Source: Verrucomicrobiota bacterium
GTDB taxonomy: Bacteria > Verrucomicrobiota > Verrucomicrobiia > Chthoniobacterales > UBA10450
Direction of reading: 5' to 3'
Length of the DNA: 53,843 bases
Assembly: GCA_046725275.1 (NCBI GenBank)
Contig: JBKOYE010000096.1
Span: 1 to 53,843 of the forward strand
The notes under the pieces are model-generated. The model had not been told where the DNA came from, ran no database searches, and saw nothing but the letters and a program-made list of their open reading frames with translations. A program made the position numbers and the translations under genes. Shown here piece after piece: positions 18,581 to 26,465 of this stretch. Position 1 is the first letter of the stretch. Every line of letters starts with the position of its first letter.

Positions 18581-20857
18581 TTACTTGTGGTACGGCAAAC
18601 CCAAATCGTAGAGCGCAAGCTCCCCTTGTAACGCATCGGCCAAAGTGGTGTTGCCTTGGACGTTTGCTGTCTGCAACGCCTGCTGAGCCGTCTCTTTAGC
18701 CTCTGCAAATCGCCCAGCCTCCGCGTAGGCTGCAGCCAAAATCCGGAGAACAGTCGCGTGATTATCGCTCCTGGAACTTGCCGAGTCGGCGCATTCAGCC
18801 AATCGAACAGCCTCAGTCCCGTTTCGCAGAGAGGGATCGGCAGATGTCGCCAGCAACCACGCGAAATTACTTAGCGCGGCTACATTGTCCGGAGAGATTT
18901 CGAGCGCCTTGATGTACTCAGCTACCGCTTCGTGAGCGCGTCCTTTTGCCAGCAAAGCGCTACCCAGATTTGAGTGCGCATCTGCGCTCTCCGGCTGCAG
19001 CTGGAGTACTGTTTGATAATGAGCAATCGCTTCGTCTGTGTGGCCCTTGCGCAGAAGAGCGCTCGCGAGATTGTACTGCGCTTCTGCCTGATCCGGTACA
19101 GCCGCCACGCACACCCTGTAACGAGCGATCGCACCATCGAAGTCTCCCTTGGTAATAAGCGCATTCGCCAGATTGCAAGAGGCCTCGGCATAGTCGGGCT
19201 GAATTTCGAGCGCCTTCTGATAATGCACGATCGCATCCTCAATACGCCCGATACCAAAAAGCGTGACCCCGAGATTATTCTGCGCTTCCGGATCGGCAGG
19301 ATTTATGTCCACGGCTTTTTCGTAATGAGCGATTGCGTCATCAAGGCGACCTTGCTCAACCAAAAGCCGGCCCAAGTTATAATGCGCCTCCGCATAATCA
19401 GACCGCAGTGCAACGGCCTGTCGGTAATGGTCGATCGCCTGATCAGTGTCGCCCGCCTCGCTCAGAACGATGCCGAAATTGTAATGCGCCATCCAACAAC
19501 CCGGATTTTTCTTTAGCGTTGCCGTGTACAACGCGATGAGATTGCGATATTCGGTAGACTGCCGCCACGTTAGAAAGCTGAGCAAAAGGAGAAAAATGAT
19601 GCCTGCCGCAGAGGCAAGAAACAATTTGGTTCGAGCAGCAGCGCTCTGGCTTTCCGACAACTGTAGGGCGTCTGTGCCAGACGCCAACTCGAGCGGCGTT
19701 TGACACAAACGCCCTACAACCGCTGCGATCCCTGCTCCAGCCAGAGCGAGTGGTCCCATGCTCGCCAGATATTGAAAATGATCACTTACAAACGAGTAAC
19801 GGAAGAAATACACGCTGAAAAAACCGAGCACAGGAAATAGCGAAATCACATAGTAAGCCCCGGCGAAAAACGGAGCACGGCCCCATGTCGCGCGGAAAAA
19901 CCACAAGGCAATCAGCGCGGCTATCGCTGACACCAAAGGAAGATAGGCAACGAGCTGCGATGGATGAACATCCCACCGCGGATAAATGAAAATCAGCGGA
20001 TGCGGCCAGAGCAGCTTGCCAAGGTAAAACCAAATGGCCCGGCCAGCGATGATGAGACGTTCCGGCCAAGTCTGGACCCAATCGGAACCCACTGCGCGCG
20101 CGTGGAATTTCTGTTCCCAAATCGTCCACGCGCTCGCGAGTGCTGAAATCAGCGCAAACGGAGCGAGCGCCAGGCCATCACGCCAGCGGATTTTTCTTCG
20201 CATCCACCAGATGCAGAGCGCGAGCACAAAAGGCAGCATTACCACCGAAGTTTTGCTTAGCGTCGCCAGGATGAAGAAGACCAGCGATAAAACGAACGGC
20301 ACCAACGAACGTCGCCGTTCATGTCGCCCGAACGGCGCACTAGAGACCGCCGCTCCTTGTCCGTCCTCCCACCTTAAAAAGAAAAAGATCGATAACAGAT
20401 AAAACAAACACGACTGCGTGTTCTTCAGTTCCGTAACCCACGCGACCGATTGCACCATTACGGGATGCAAAGCCCAGAGTGCAGCGCCCAGCCACGCACC
20501 GCGGACTTTAAGTCGTTGCAGAACGCGCCAAAGCAGGATTGCTGAGGCCGCGTGTAACACAACATTGAGAAGGTGGTATGGCAGCGGATTTAGTCCGACA
20601 AGTCTATGCAGAACCCAAAAGGTGGTTAGCACAAGCGGATAATAGACCGCTTGCGTGCTGGTCCAGATTTCCTTCAGGCCCAGCGGGCCGATCACGCATG
20701 GATTGCGCGTCAAATGCGATTCATCGTCCCAAATGAATCCGGCCCGGAATACTTGGGCATACGCAATGAAAACGAGAGCAATTAGAAGCGGCGCCCAAAA
20801 CCAGTTTCGCCGCCAGAGTGAGAAACGAGTTTCACGAACTGGCACAAGTCGATCCAA
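18581..20857 (-). CDS. GT-C fold glycosyltransferase (TMTC/DUF1736-like) fused to TPR repeats, paralogue B2
   Basis: Motifs: AGFIWDDESHLTRN, YHLLNVVLHAASAILL, ALHPVMVQSVAWVTELKNTQ, many TM helices, about 8 TPR units, and the tail NFAWLLATSADPSLRNG...LAAAYAEAGRF...LYDLGLPYHK. Confidence 0.8.
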   Translation of the reverse strand: MDRLVPVRETRFSLWRRNWFWAPLLIALVFIAYAQVFRAGFIWDDESHLTRNPCVIGPLGLKEIWTSTQAVYYPLVLTTFWVLHRLVGLNPLPYHLLNVVLHAASAILLWRVLQRLKVRGAWLGAALWALHPVMVQSVAWVTELKNTQSCLFYLLSIFFFLRWEDGQGAAVSSAPFGRHERRRSLVPFVLSLVFFILATLSKTSVVMLPFVLALCIWWMRRKIRWRDGLALAPFALISALASAWTIWEQKFHARAVGSDWVQTWPERLIIAGRAIWFYLGKLLWPHPLIFIYPRWDVHPSQLVAYLPLVSAIAALIALWFFRATWGRAPFFAGAYYVISLFPVLGFFSVYFFRYSFVSDHFQYLASMGPLALAGAGIAAVVGRLCQTPLELASGTDALQLSESQSAAARTKLFLASAAGIIFLLLLSFLTWRQSTEYRNLIALYTATLKKNPGCWMAHYNFGIVLSEAGDTDQAIDHYRQAVALRSDYAEAHYNLGRLLVEQGRLDDAIAHYEKAVDINPADPEAQNNLGVTLFGIGRIEDAIVHYQKALEIQPDYAEASCNLANALITKGDFDGAIARYRVCVAAVPDQAEAQYNLASALLRKGHTDEAIAHYQTVLQLQPESADAHSNLGSALLAKGRAHEAVAEYIKALEISPDNVAALSNFAWLLATSADPSLRNGTEAVRLAECADSASSRSDNHATVLRILAAAYAEAGRFAEAKETAQQALQTANVQGNTTLADALQGELALYDLGLPYHK

Positions 20858-20904
20858 CAGTTAGCCTCAGCGTACCAAATCGCCGGGAATTCGGGCAATT
20901 CGCG

Positions 20905-22851
20905 TCAAGGCGACTGCGCGCTAGTCTCCTTGGCAACGCGCAGATTCTCCTCGGCCTCGGGAAAATCAGGATGAAGGCGGAGCGCTTCTTCGTATTGTGC
21001 AATCGCCTGTGAAACGTTGCCCTCGCGCATAAAAACTTTGCCAAGATAGTTGTGCGGCTGCGCCAGTTTCGGGTTCAGTGCGGATGCCTTCTGAAAATGC
21101 TCCCTTGCCTCAGCCAATTCGCCCTTTTCAAAAAGCAAACTGCCGAGATCGATGTGAGCATCGACGTGATTTGGATCCAACTGCAACGTCTGCCGATATT
21201 TCGCAATCGCCTCCTCGGCTTTGCCGTGCTTTTCCAGGAACGCGCCATAGCCATAGTGCGCTTGCGGCGAGCTCGGCGCCAGACGGATCGCGGTTTCACT
21301 TTCAACAGCCGCTTCGTCCTTGCGGCCAAGTTGGTCCAAAAGATAGGCGTATCCGGAATGATATTCAGCGTTGCTCGGCTCGATCCGTAATGCTTGTTCG
21401 AAATGCCTCTGCGCCTCGTCCAGTTGCCCCTTCGCCGTCAACAGCGAGCCGAGATTGACGTGAGCCTTCGCCGAACCGGGATTCAAACGTATCGCCTCAG
21501 AGAATTCCTTCGCTGCTTCATCGGTTCGCCCGGCGTCTTGCAGCTCGGTGGCGTAATTAACACGGGCGCGCGCGCTGGTTGGAAGATCGGCAACGATCGA
21601 CGCCAGGCGATCAAGCTTACCCCGGGCACTGTGCAGCTCAGCGAACCAGAGCATCCCTAGAGGAATCGCGAAGATAGCCACCCACTTTAGTCCGTGCAAA
21701 GCCCAGCCGGGCAGGAAACCGCCCAGCGAGACATCGGCTGTTCCACCGGCGATCCCGAGAGATTGCCGGGTGGATTTCTCGCGCACCTTCCAAATGAATC
21801 CATCATAGTAAAAATGGAGCAGCGCCGACGCAGTGACCACCCCAGTGAGAATGCGTTTCACGACGTCGATGCCGATACTCGACTTGTAATAACCGAGCGC
21901 GCCATAGGCAAAGATCAGCCCGATATAAAGACCCACCAGCGCGCCGCTACGCCGGAATACGAACCGCATGAAACCTCCGATCGATCTGTCGCTCTCGACT
22001 CGTTTACGATTATAAATCCAGACCAGCGAGAGGTACTGCACGTCGTGAAACACTTCGAACAAGGCGACGCCCACGAGCACGCTGGCCACGATATTGTTGG
22101 AATACCACCAAAATGAAATGCTCGTGATGAGAAGCACGAGTTTCACGGGGCTCGGCCGTTTCCCGCTGCTCCACATCCAAATGAAATTCGCGAGAAATAT
22201 CGCTGAAACCAGAAGTGCCAGCGCAAGCAATCCCTGCTGCCCCGCTCGGAGAAGCGCCGGCGGAATGAATGGGCCGCCCGCGGAATAGTACGTTTCGAGC
22301 GTGTCTGTCATTCGCTGCGGAGAGAGAAGCACGGCGGTTGCGAACCATATTCCGCACACCGCGAAATCGAGACGGCGCGTTACCTCGGCAAACGATCCGA
22401 CTTTCGCATCGTAAATGCGGCAGAACCCGTACGTTTGCATCATGCCATGCCAGACCCCCCATATAAACGCCACCAGCACAATTCCCTTGAGGTCCCACAG
22501 GGAAAAAGCCGCGCACACGGCAACCAAAAAAATCGGCGCACAAATGAAACGCCATCTAAAACGCTGAAACAACGCGCGATCGCCATAGGCGCGAATCATT
22601 CCCGGCAAATGGTGGCCCATTGCACCAAACGCGGCGACGAAAAGATAAATGTCCTCCGCACTCCAGAGCCCCTGCGCCGCGATGAAAACCGGCACCAGTA
22701 ACAACGGTGTGCAGACGTAAAGAACCAGGTCCCGCCAACTGTCCAGAATCCACAAGCCAGGCTTGCGTCCGACCGCAGGCACAGTCGGAACAGTTTGAGG
22801 ACGTGAGAATGCAGAAACGTGCTGCATGCCTTTTTTCCTTAGCGGAGCCAA
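20905..22851 (-). CDS. Uncharacterised polytopic membrane domain with conserved-looking His motifs, fused to C-terminal TPR repeats
   Basis: The N-terminal 400 or so aa are hydrophobic and carry GHHLPGMIRAYGD, WGVWHGMMQTYGF, EVFHDVQYLSLVW and LLHFYYDGFIWKVRE. The C-terminal 230 or so aa are clear TPRs (AKAHVNLGSLL..., AEYHSGYAYLL..., VDAHIDLGSLL..., AQPHNYLGKVF...). It lies 47 nt upstream of paralogue B2 on the same strand. Confidence 0.6.
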   Translation of the reverse strand: MAPLRKKGMQHVSAFSRPQTVPTVPAVGRKPGLWILDSWRDLVLYVCTPLLLVPVFIAAQGLWSAEDIYLFVAAFGAMGHHLPGMIRAYGDRALFQRFRWRFICAPIFLVAVCAAFSLWDLKGIVLVAFIWGVWHGMMQTYGFCRIYDAKVGSFAEVTRRLDFAVCGIWFATAVLLSPQRMTDTLETYYSAGGPFIPPALLRAGQQGLLALALLVSAIFLANFIWMWSSGKRPSPVKLVLLITSISFWWYSNNIVASVLVGVALFEVFHDVQYLSLVWIYNRKRVESDRSIGGFMRFVFRRSGALVGLYIGLIFAYGALGYYKSSIGIDVVKRILTGVVTASALLHFYYDGFIWKVREKSTRQSLGIAGGTADVSLGGFLPGWALHGLKWVAIFAIPLGMLWFAELHSARGKLDRLASIVADLPTSARARVNYATELQDAGRTDEAAKEFSEAIRLNPGSAKAHVNLGSLLTAKGQLDEAQRHFEQALRIEPSNAEYHSGYAYLLDQLGRKDEAAVESETAIRLAPSSPQAHYGYGAFLEKHGKAEEAIAKYRQTLQLDPNHVDAHIDLGSLLFEKGELAEAREHFQKASALNPKLAQPHNYLGKVFMREGNVSQAIAQYEEALRLHPDFPEAEENLRVAKETSAQSP

Positions 22852-22946
22852 GTCTCTCTCAAAGCGCCGCGAAAATCAATCCTGAGATGATTTGAGAGGC
22901 ACGAAACTCAAAATTACAACAGCGCAGCTTGGCTAAGAAAAATTCT

Positions 22947-22979
22947 GTCGAGAGATGTCTCGACTTCGCTCGACATGAC
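22947..22979. repeat. Palindromic intergenic element, half-copy related to the 51779..51871 repeat
   Basis: Sequence GTCGAGAGATGTCTCGACTTCGCTCGACATGAC. It contains the hairpin GTCGAGA-GATG-TCTCGAC and the ...CTTCGCTCGACATGAC arm, which resembles ...CTTCGCTCAGAATGAC at 51856..51871. Confidence 0.5.
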
Positions 22980-22992
22980 ACAGACGCGAATA

Positions 22993-23026
22993 AGCAAAAC
23001 GGCCGGGCTCGTGTCGAGCCCGGCCG
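22993..23026 (-). terminator. Rho-independent terminator of the TonB-dependent receptor gene
   Basis: Perfect 12-bp stem CGGCCGGGCTCG (23000..23011) / CGAGCCCGGCCG (23015..23026) with a 3-nt loop. On the minus strand it is followed by TTTTGCTTA. It lies 24 nt after the stop at 23050. Confidence 0.8.
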
Positions 23027-23049
23027 CTGTGAATTTCCTTCTCTGTGGT

Positions 23050-26000
23050 TTAGAATCGCTTCTTCAAGCCGACGTACCAGAACCGGCCTTTAATGGTAGC
23101 CAACGATTCGTCGTAGCCATTCTCGAACGAGCCAGCCACGAACGGCGGATCTTCATCCGTCACGTTCTGCATGCCGAGTGAAATGGTAGTGTTGTTAAGC
23201 CACCATTTCCAATTGCTGCAGCCGTATTCAGCCGTGGATACGGGGATGACGTTCTTCTCCTTGCCATCCTTAGTCGCCACGTTCTTTCCGCCGTCCTTGG
23301 CAAAGCCAGGCACTTCTGCCGGCGCTGGTGGTGGCAAATTAAACGTGTAGTTGAGAATCAGGTCGAGCGTAGTTAAAGCGGACACTTTCCGCGCACGCTG
23401 GAACAATGGACCACTTCTCGGCGTCTGGAGCTTCGTGGCTCCTGTCAGACTGGCATTATCGTCCTCGTATTGACTAGTCCAATGAACTACAGCACCGACG
23501 TCGAGACCGGCAGCCCACGTATCAGCCGGGCCGTCGTAGAAGATACTGAAGTTAGCGCGATGCCAGGGCAACGAACTGGTTAGAGTGAATGCTGGCGGCA
23601 GGAATTCCCCATTGATGCCAATCCTTTTTGTGTCCGCCGAACCCTGAAATTCAGCCCGGGAGAGCCAGGTACCGTTGACTGTCGTGGTCAACCTTCCAAA
23701 ATCCCCGTGGCCAAATATTGATGAATCCAAGATGTAGATCGCCTCGTAATCGAGACCTTCGAAGATGGCGCCGGACGAGTTAAGGCTTGGATCCAACACC
23801 AAAGTGACTGGACCAACCACGTTGCCGGCGGGAGCACGAAAAACCAATGGCCCATTCTGCACCGCAGGTGGCTGCGGCGGCGGATTATGCTCGATGATAA
23901 ACTGCGCCCCTTGAGGTGCCACGATATCGCGCATATCAATATGCCACCAGTCGGCGCTCAGTGTCATGCCCTTGATCCACTTGGGGCTGTATATGATTCC
24001 GTAGGTCCATTCGTACGCGACTTCCGGATGCAGGAACGGGTTCCCGGAAATGCGTTCCTCGACCTGCGCTTCTGTCAGAGTTGAGAACGGATCGGCCACG
24101 ATTGGGAAGCTTTGCGTGCCCGCCGGCGAAATCTCGGACAGTGTTGGGGCGTGAAACGCTTCCGTATAACTACCACGCAGTGTCACAGCACCGATATACT
24201 TCGGATCAAGCGGCTGCCATCGGACGGATACTTTCGGCTTCTGCGCGTTATACTCGGTGCCCGCCGCTGGTACAAACGGCACCAGAACTGTATTAGTGTT
24301 TTGGCTATACCACTCCTCGCGTTCGGCGAAGTCAACCTCGAAGCTGTAGAAGCCGGGAAAGTTCCAGGTAGGACTGGTAAACGGAACCCGCACTTCCTCG
24401 TAGAGCGACCAGATATCCCGGTTTACCCGAAAGCCTTGCCCGTCCACCGAGCCGATCGATTGAAACGTCTCGTTCAGCGGGTCACGATGGCGAGTAAACC
24501 TGGATGCCTGGTACTCGCCGCCGATCGCGAACGAGACCGGGCCAGCCGGAAGGTTAAACAGATCGCCGTTAAGCGTGAGATAAGGAGTCTGGTACTCAAT
24601 CTCGCCGGTATTTTGCAGGTTAACATAAACCCTGGCTCTGGCCGCCCTTGTATTATTGGCGGTGAAATTCAGGAAGGGATTAAACGCGGTCGCCGGGTCC
24701 GTGTCCAGCAGTGCGTCGCGCAAGCCGGGCTGGCTAACTTCACCGATCGACACATCAGTGCCCTCGTTCCGGGAGTAACGGTAACCGGCCTCCCAACTCC
24801 ATGTCTTGAAATAGTCTCCTATCCATCCCAGCTCACCGCGTGTTCCGATGTCGAACAGGTAATCATAATACGTGACCTTCTCGCTGCGAGGCCCGGTGTC
24901 ATTGATGCCACGAAACCGCACACCAGTGTAAACTGGCAGACCAGATCCATCAGGGAAGAAGTTTGGAATCGTCGCGTTTGCCACGGTGAACGGATTCCAC
25001 GCATTCACGATCGGGACGCTAATCCCGGCCGGACTAAACCCAACGCTTGTGCCGGGTATCTTGAACGGATCAGGGACAAACGGCACCGCTGCCAGAGAGG
25101 CATCGAAGAATGATCGCGAGACTTTGAAATCGCCGAACACCGTCAGGTACTTTTCGCACAGATCGCGGGTGAATGACCCGTAAAACACTTGGCGATCTGC
25201 TGGTGGCAGAGCCGGCGTTAACGAGGCGAAGTTATATAGCAAGTAATTGCCATCCAAAAGCGCCGGGTCACCAAAAAACCCGATGTTGAACTGCCCCGGG
25301 GTCTTATAGAATGGCGAAGTCGCTGCGTTTGGCGCCGAATGCGGTACCGGCGTGTTTATGCCGGGCTGCGGAAGCCCGCCGACGCCGAAGAACATTCCTG
25401 GTCTTAAGCGGAAGCCTCCAACGCGGCCAGGAAAGTTGCCGCTGCGTGCATCAAATCCTCCAAACGGAATGAAATTTCCGTTAGAAGAAAGGTCACGGTC
25501 GCGACTGAAAACCCCTCCGGTGCGCTGCTGGAAGTCGGCAATGACCACGATATCGGTTTTGTCGTCGCCGGTGCCCGCCTTGATCCACGCTTCCCACTCA
25601 CCCATTTCGTTGGAAGCTCCGAGGTTCGTATTACCGTAAGTTCCTCCGATTTCCAGACCGCGGAATTTGTGGATCAGGAAAAAGTTGACCACGCCGGCAA
25701 TCGCGTCGGAACCGTACACCGCGGAGGCGCCATCCTTTAGGATGTCCACGTGATCGACCATTGGAAATGGTATCAGGTTAATATCCACGCCAGCGCTCGT
25801 TCCGGCGCCGCCCAACGAACCGGCGGCGACACGCTTGCCATCAATGAGGACCAGTGTCTCCTTCGGCAACAAACCACGCAGGTTAAACTGAATGGTACCG
25901 TCTCCACCGTTGCCGATGTTCAGGTTCACTGTGCCGCCCGCTTGTTGCGGAATGAATTGCTGCAAGTCGGTGGCACTGCGGATGCCGAGTTTCTCGATGT

Positions 26001-26253
26001 CCTGCGGCCGGTACGTGTCCACCGGGTTCGGGCCGGTTTCTTCCGCCGTGGGAATGTTGGAACCGGTCACGATGACGCGCTCGACTTCAGCCGTGGATGG
26101 CGGGGCTGCGCCCGGCTCGGCAGGCACAGCCGGCGCCGGCAATTGCCCGAACGCGTTCGACGCAAGAATGAATGGAAGTCCGACGCTCGCCATCAAAGCG
26201 AGACGAACGAATCTAAACGTTTTTAGTGCGTTGTGTGTCATTAGTTTCTCCAT
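23050..26253 (-). CDS. TonB-dependent outer-membrane receptor
   Basis: 1067 aa with a signal peptide. Plug-domain pattern: ERVIVTGSNIPTAEETGPNPVDTYRPQDIEKLGIRSATDLQQ...GTIQFNLRGL. Long beta-barrel-type sequence ending in GRFWYVGLKKRF with a terminal aromatic residue. Confidence 0.9.
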   Translation of the reverse strand: MEKLMTHNALKTFRFVRLALMASVGLPFILASNAFGQLPAPAVPAEPGAAPPSTAEVERVIVTGSNIPTAEETGPNPVDTYRPQDIEKLGIRSATDLQQFIPQQAGGTVNLNIGNGGDGTIQFNLRGLLPKETLVLIDGKRVAAGSLGGAGTSAGVDINLIPFPMVDHVDILKDGASAVYGSDAIAGVVNFFLIHKFRGLEIGGTYGNTNLGASNEMGEWEAWIKAGTGDDKTDIVVIADFQQRTGGVFSRDRDLSSNGNFIPFGGFDARSGNFPGRVGGFRLRPGMFFGVGGLPQPGINTPVPHSAPNAATSPFYKTPGQFNIGFFGDPALLDGNYLLYNFASLTPALPPADRQVFYGSFTRDLCEKYLTVFGDFKVSRSFFDASLAAVPFVPDPFKIPGTSVGFSPAGISVPIVNAWNPFTVANATIPNFFPDGSGLPVYTGVRFRGINDTGPRSEKVTYYDYLFDIGTRGELGWIGDYFKTWSWEAGYRYSRNEGTDVSIGEVSQPGLRDALLDTDPATAFNPFLNFTANNTRAARARVYVNLQNTGEIEYQTPYLTLNGDLFNLPAGPVSFAIGGEYQASRFTRHRDPLNETFQSIGSVDGQGFRVNRDIWSLYEEVRVPFTSPTWNFPGFYSFEVDFAEREEWYSQNTNTVLVPFVPAAGTEYNAQKPKVSVRWQPLDPKYIGAVTLRGSYTEAFHAPTLSEISPAGTQSFPIVADPFSTLTEAQVEERISGNPFLHPEVAYEWTYGIIYSPKWIKGMTLSADWWHIDMRDIVAPQGAQFIIEHNPPPQPPAVQNGPLVFRAPAGNVVGPVTLVLDPSLNSSGAIFEGLDYEAIYILDSSIFGHGDFGRLTTTVNGTWLSRAEFQGSADTKRIGINGEFLPPAFTLTSSLPWHRANFSIFYDGPADTWAAGLDVGAVVHWTSQYEDDNASLTGATKLQTPRSGPLFQRARKVSALTTLDLILNYTFNLPPPAPAEVPGFAKDGGKNVATKDGKEKNVIPVSTAEYGCSNWKWWLNNTTISLGMQNVTDEDPPFVAGSFENGYDESLATIKGRFWYVGLKKRF

Positions 26254-26296
26254 TGGTTTGGTTAGGTTTCGGCAGGCTTATTAAATTTCTAAGGCC

Positions 26297-26422
26297 CTGA
26301 CAAGCTTTTTTTTCACTTTTTTGAATTTTTTTTGAACGACAAAATGAGGGCATTTGTCGCTTGGATTTCCCCTGTAGCCGAAGACGCGAGGGTCTGACAA
26401 GCTTTTTTTTGAATTTTTTTGA
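26297..26422. promoter_or_regulatory. Two copies of an A/T-rich module (CTGACAAGCTTTTTTTT...GAATTTTTTTGA) upstream of the TonB-dependent receptor gene
   Basis: Copy 1 is 26297..26335 and carries a 7-nt insertion (CACTTTT). Copy 2 is 26394..26422. In the direction of the receptor gene they read TCAAAAAAATTCAAAAAAAAGCTTGTCAG, an A-tract followed by a TTGTCA (-35-like) hexamer. Confidence 0.45.
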
Positions 26423-26465
26423 GCCGCCCAAAACGCCGCTCGGACTCGCAGATCCGGCGATAAAT

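Noticed and set aside
24112-25113. Long antisense ORFs inside real genes. Examples: 24112..25113 (+) inside the receptor gene, 9294..10079 (-), 2871..3446 (-), 18974..19516 (+), 22010..22555 (-), 32282..32806 (-), 52573..53103 (-).
   Set aside because: Their products are Arg/Pro/Gly/Ser-rich low-complexity strings with no recognisable motifs. They lie opposite ORFs with clear family signatures. They are typical shadow frames of GC-rich coding DNA.
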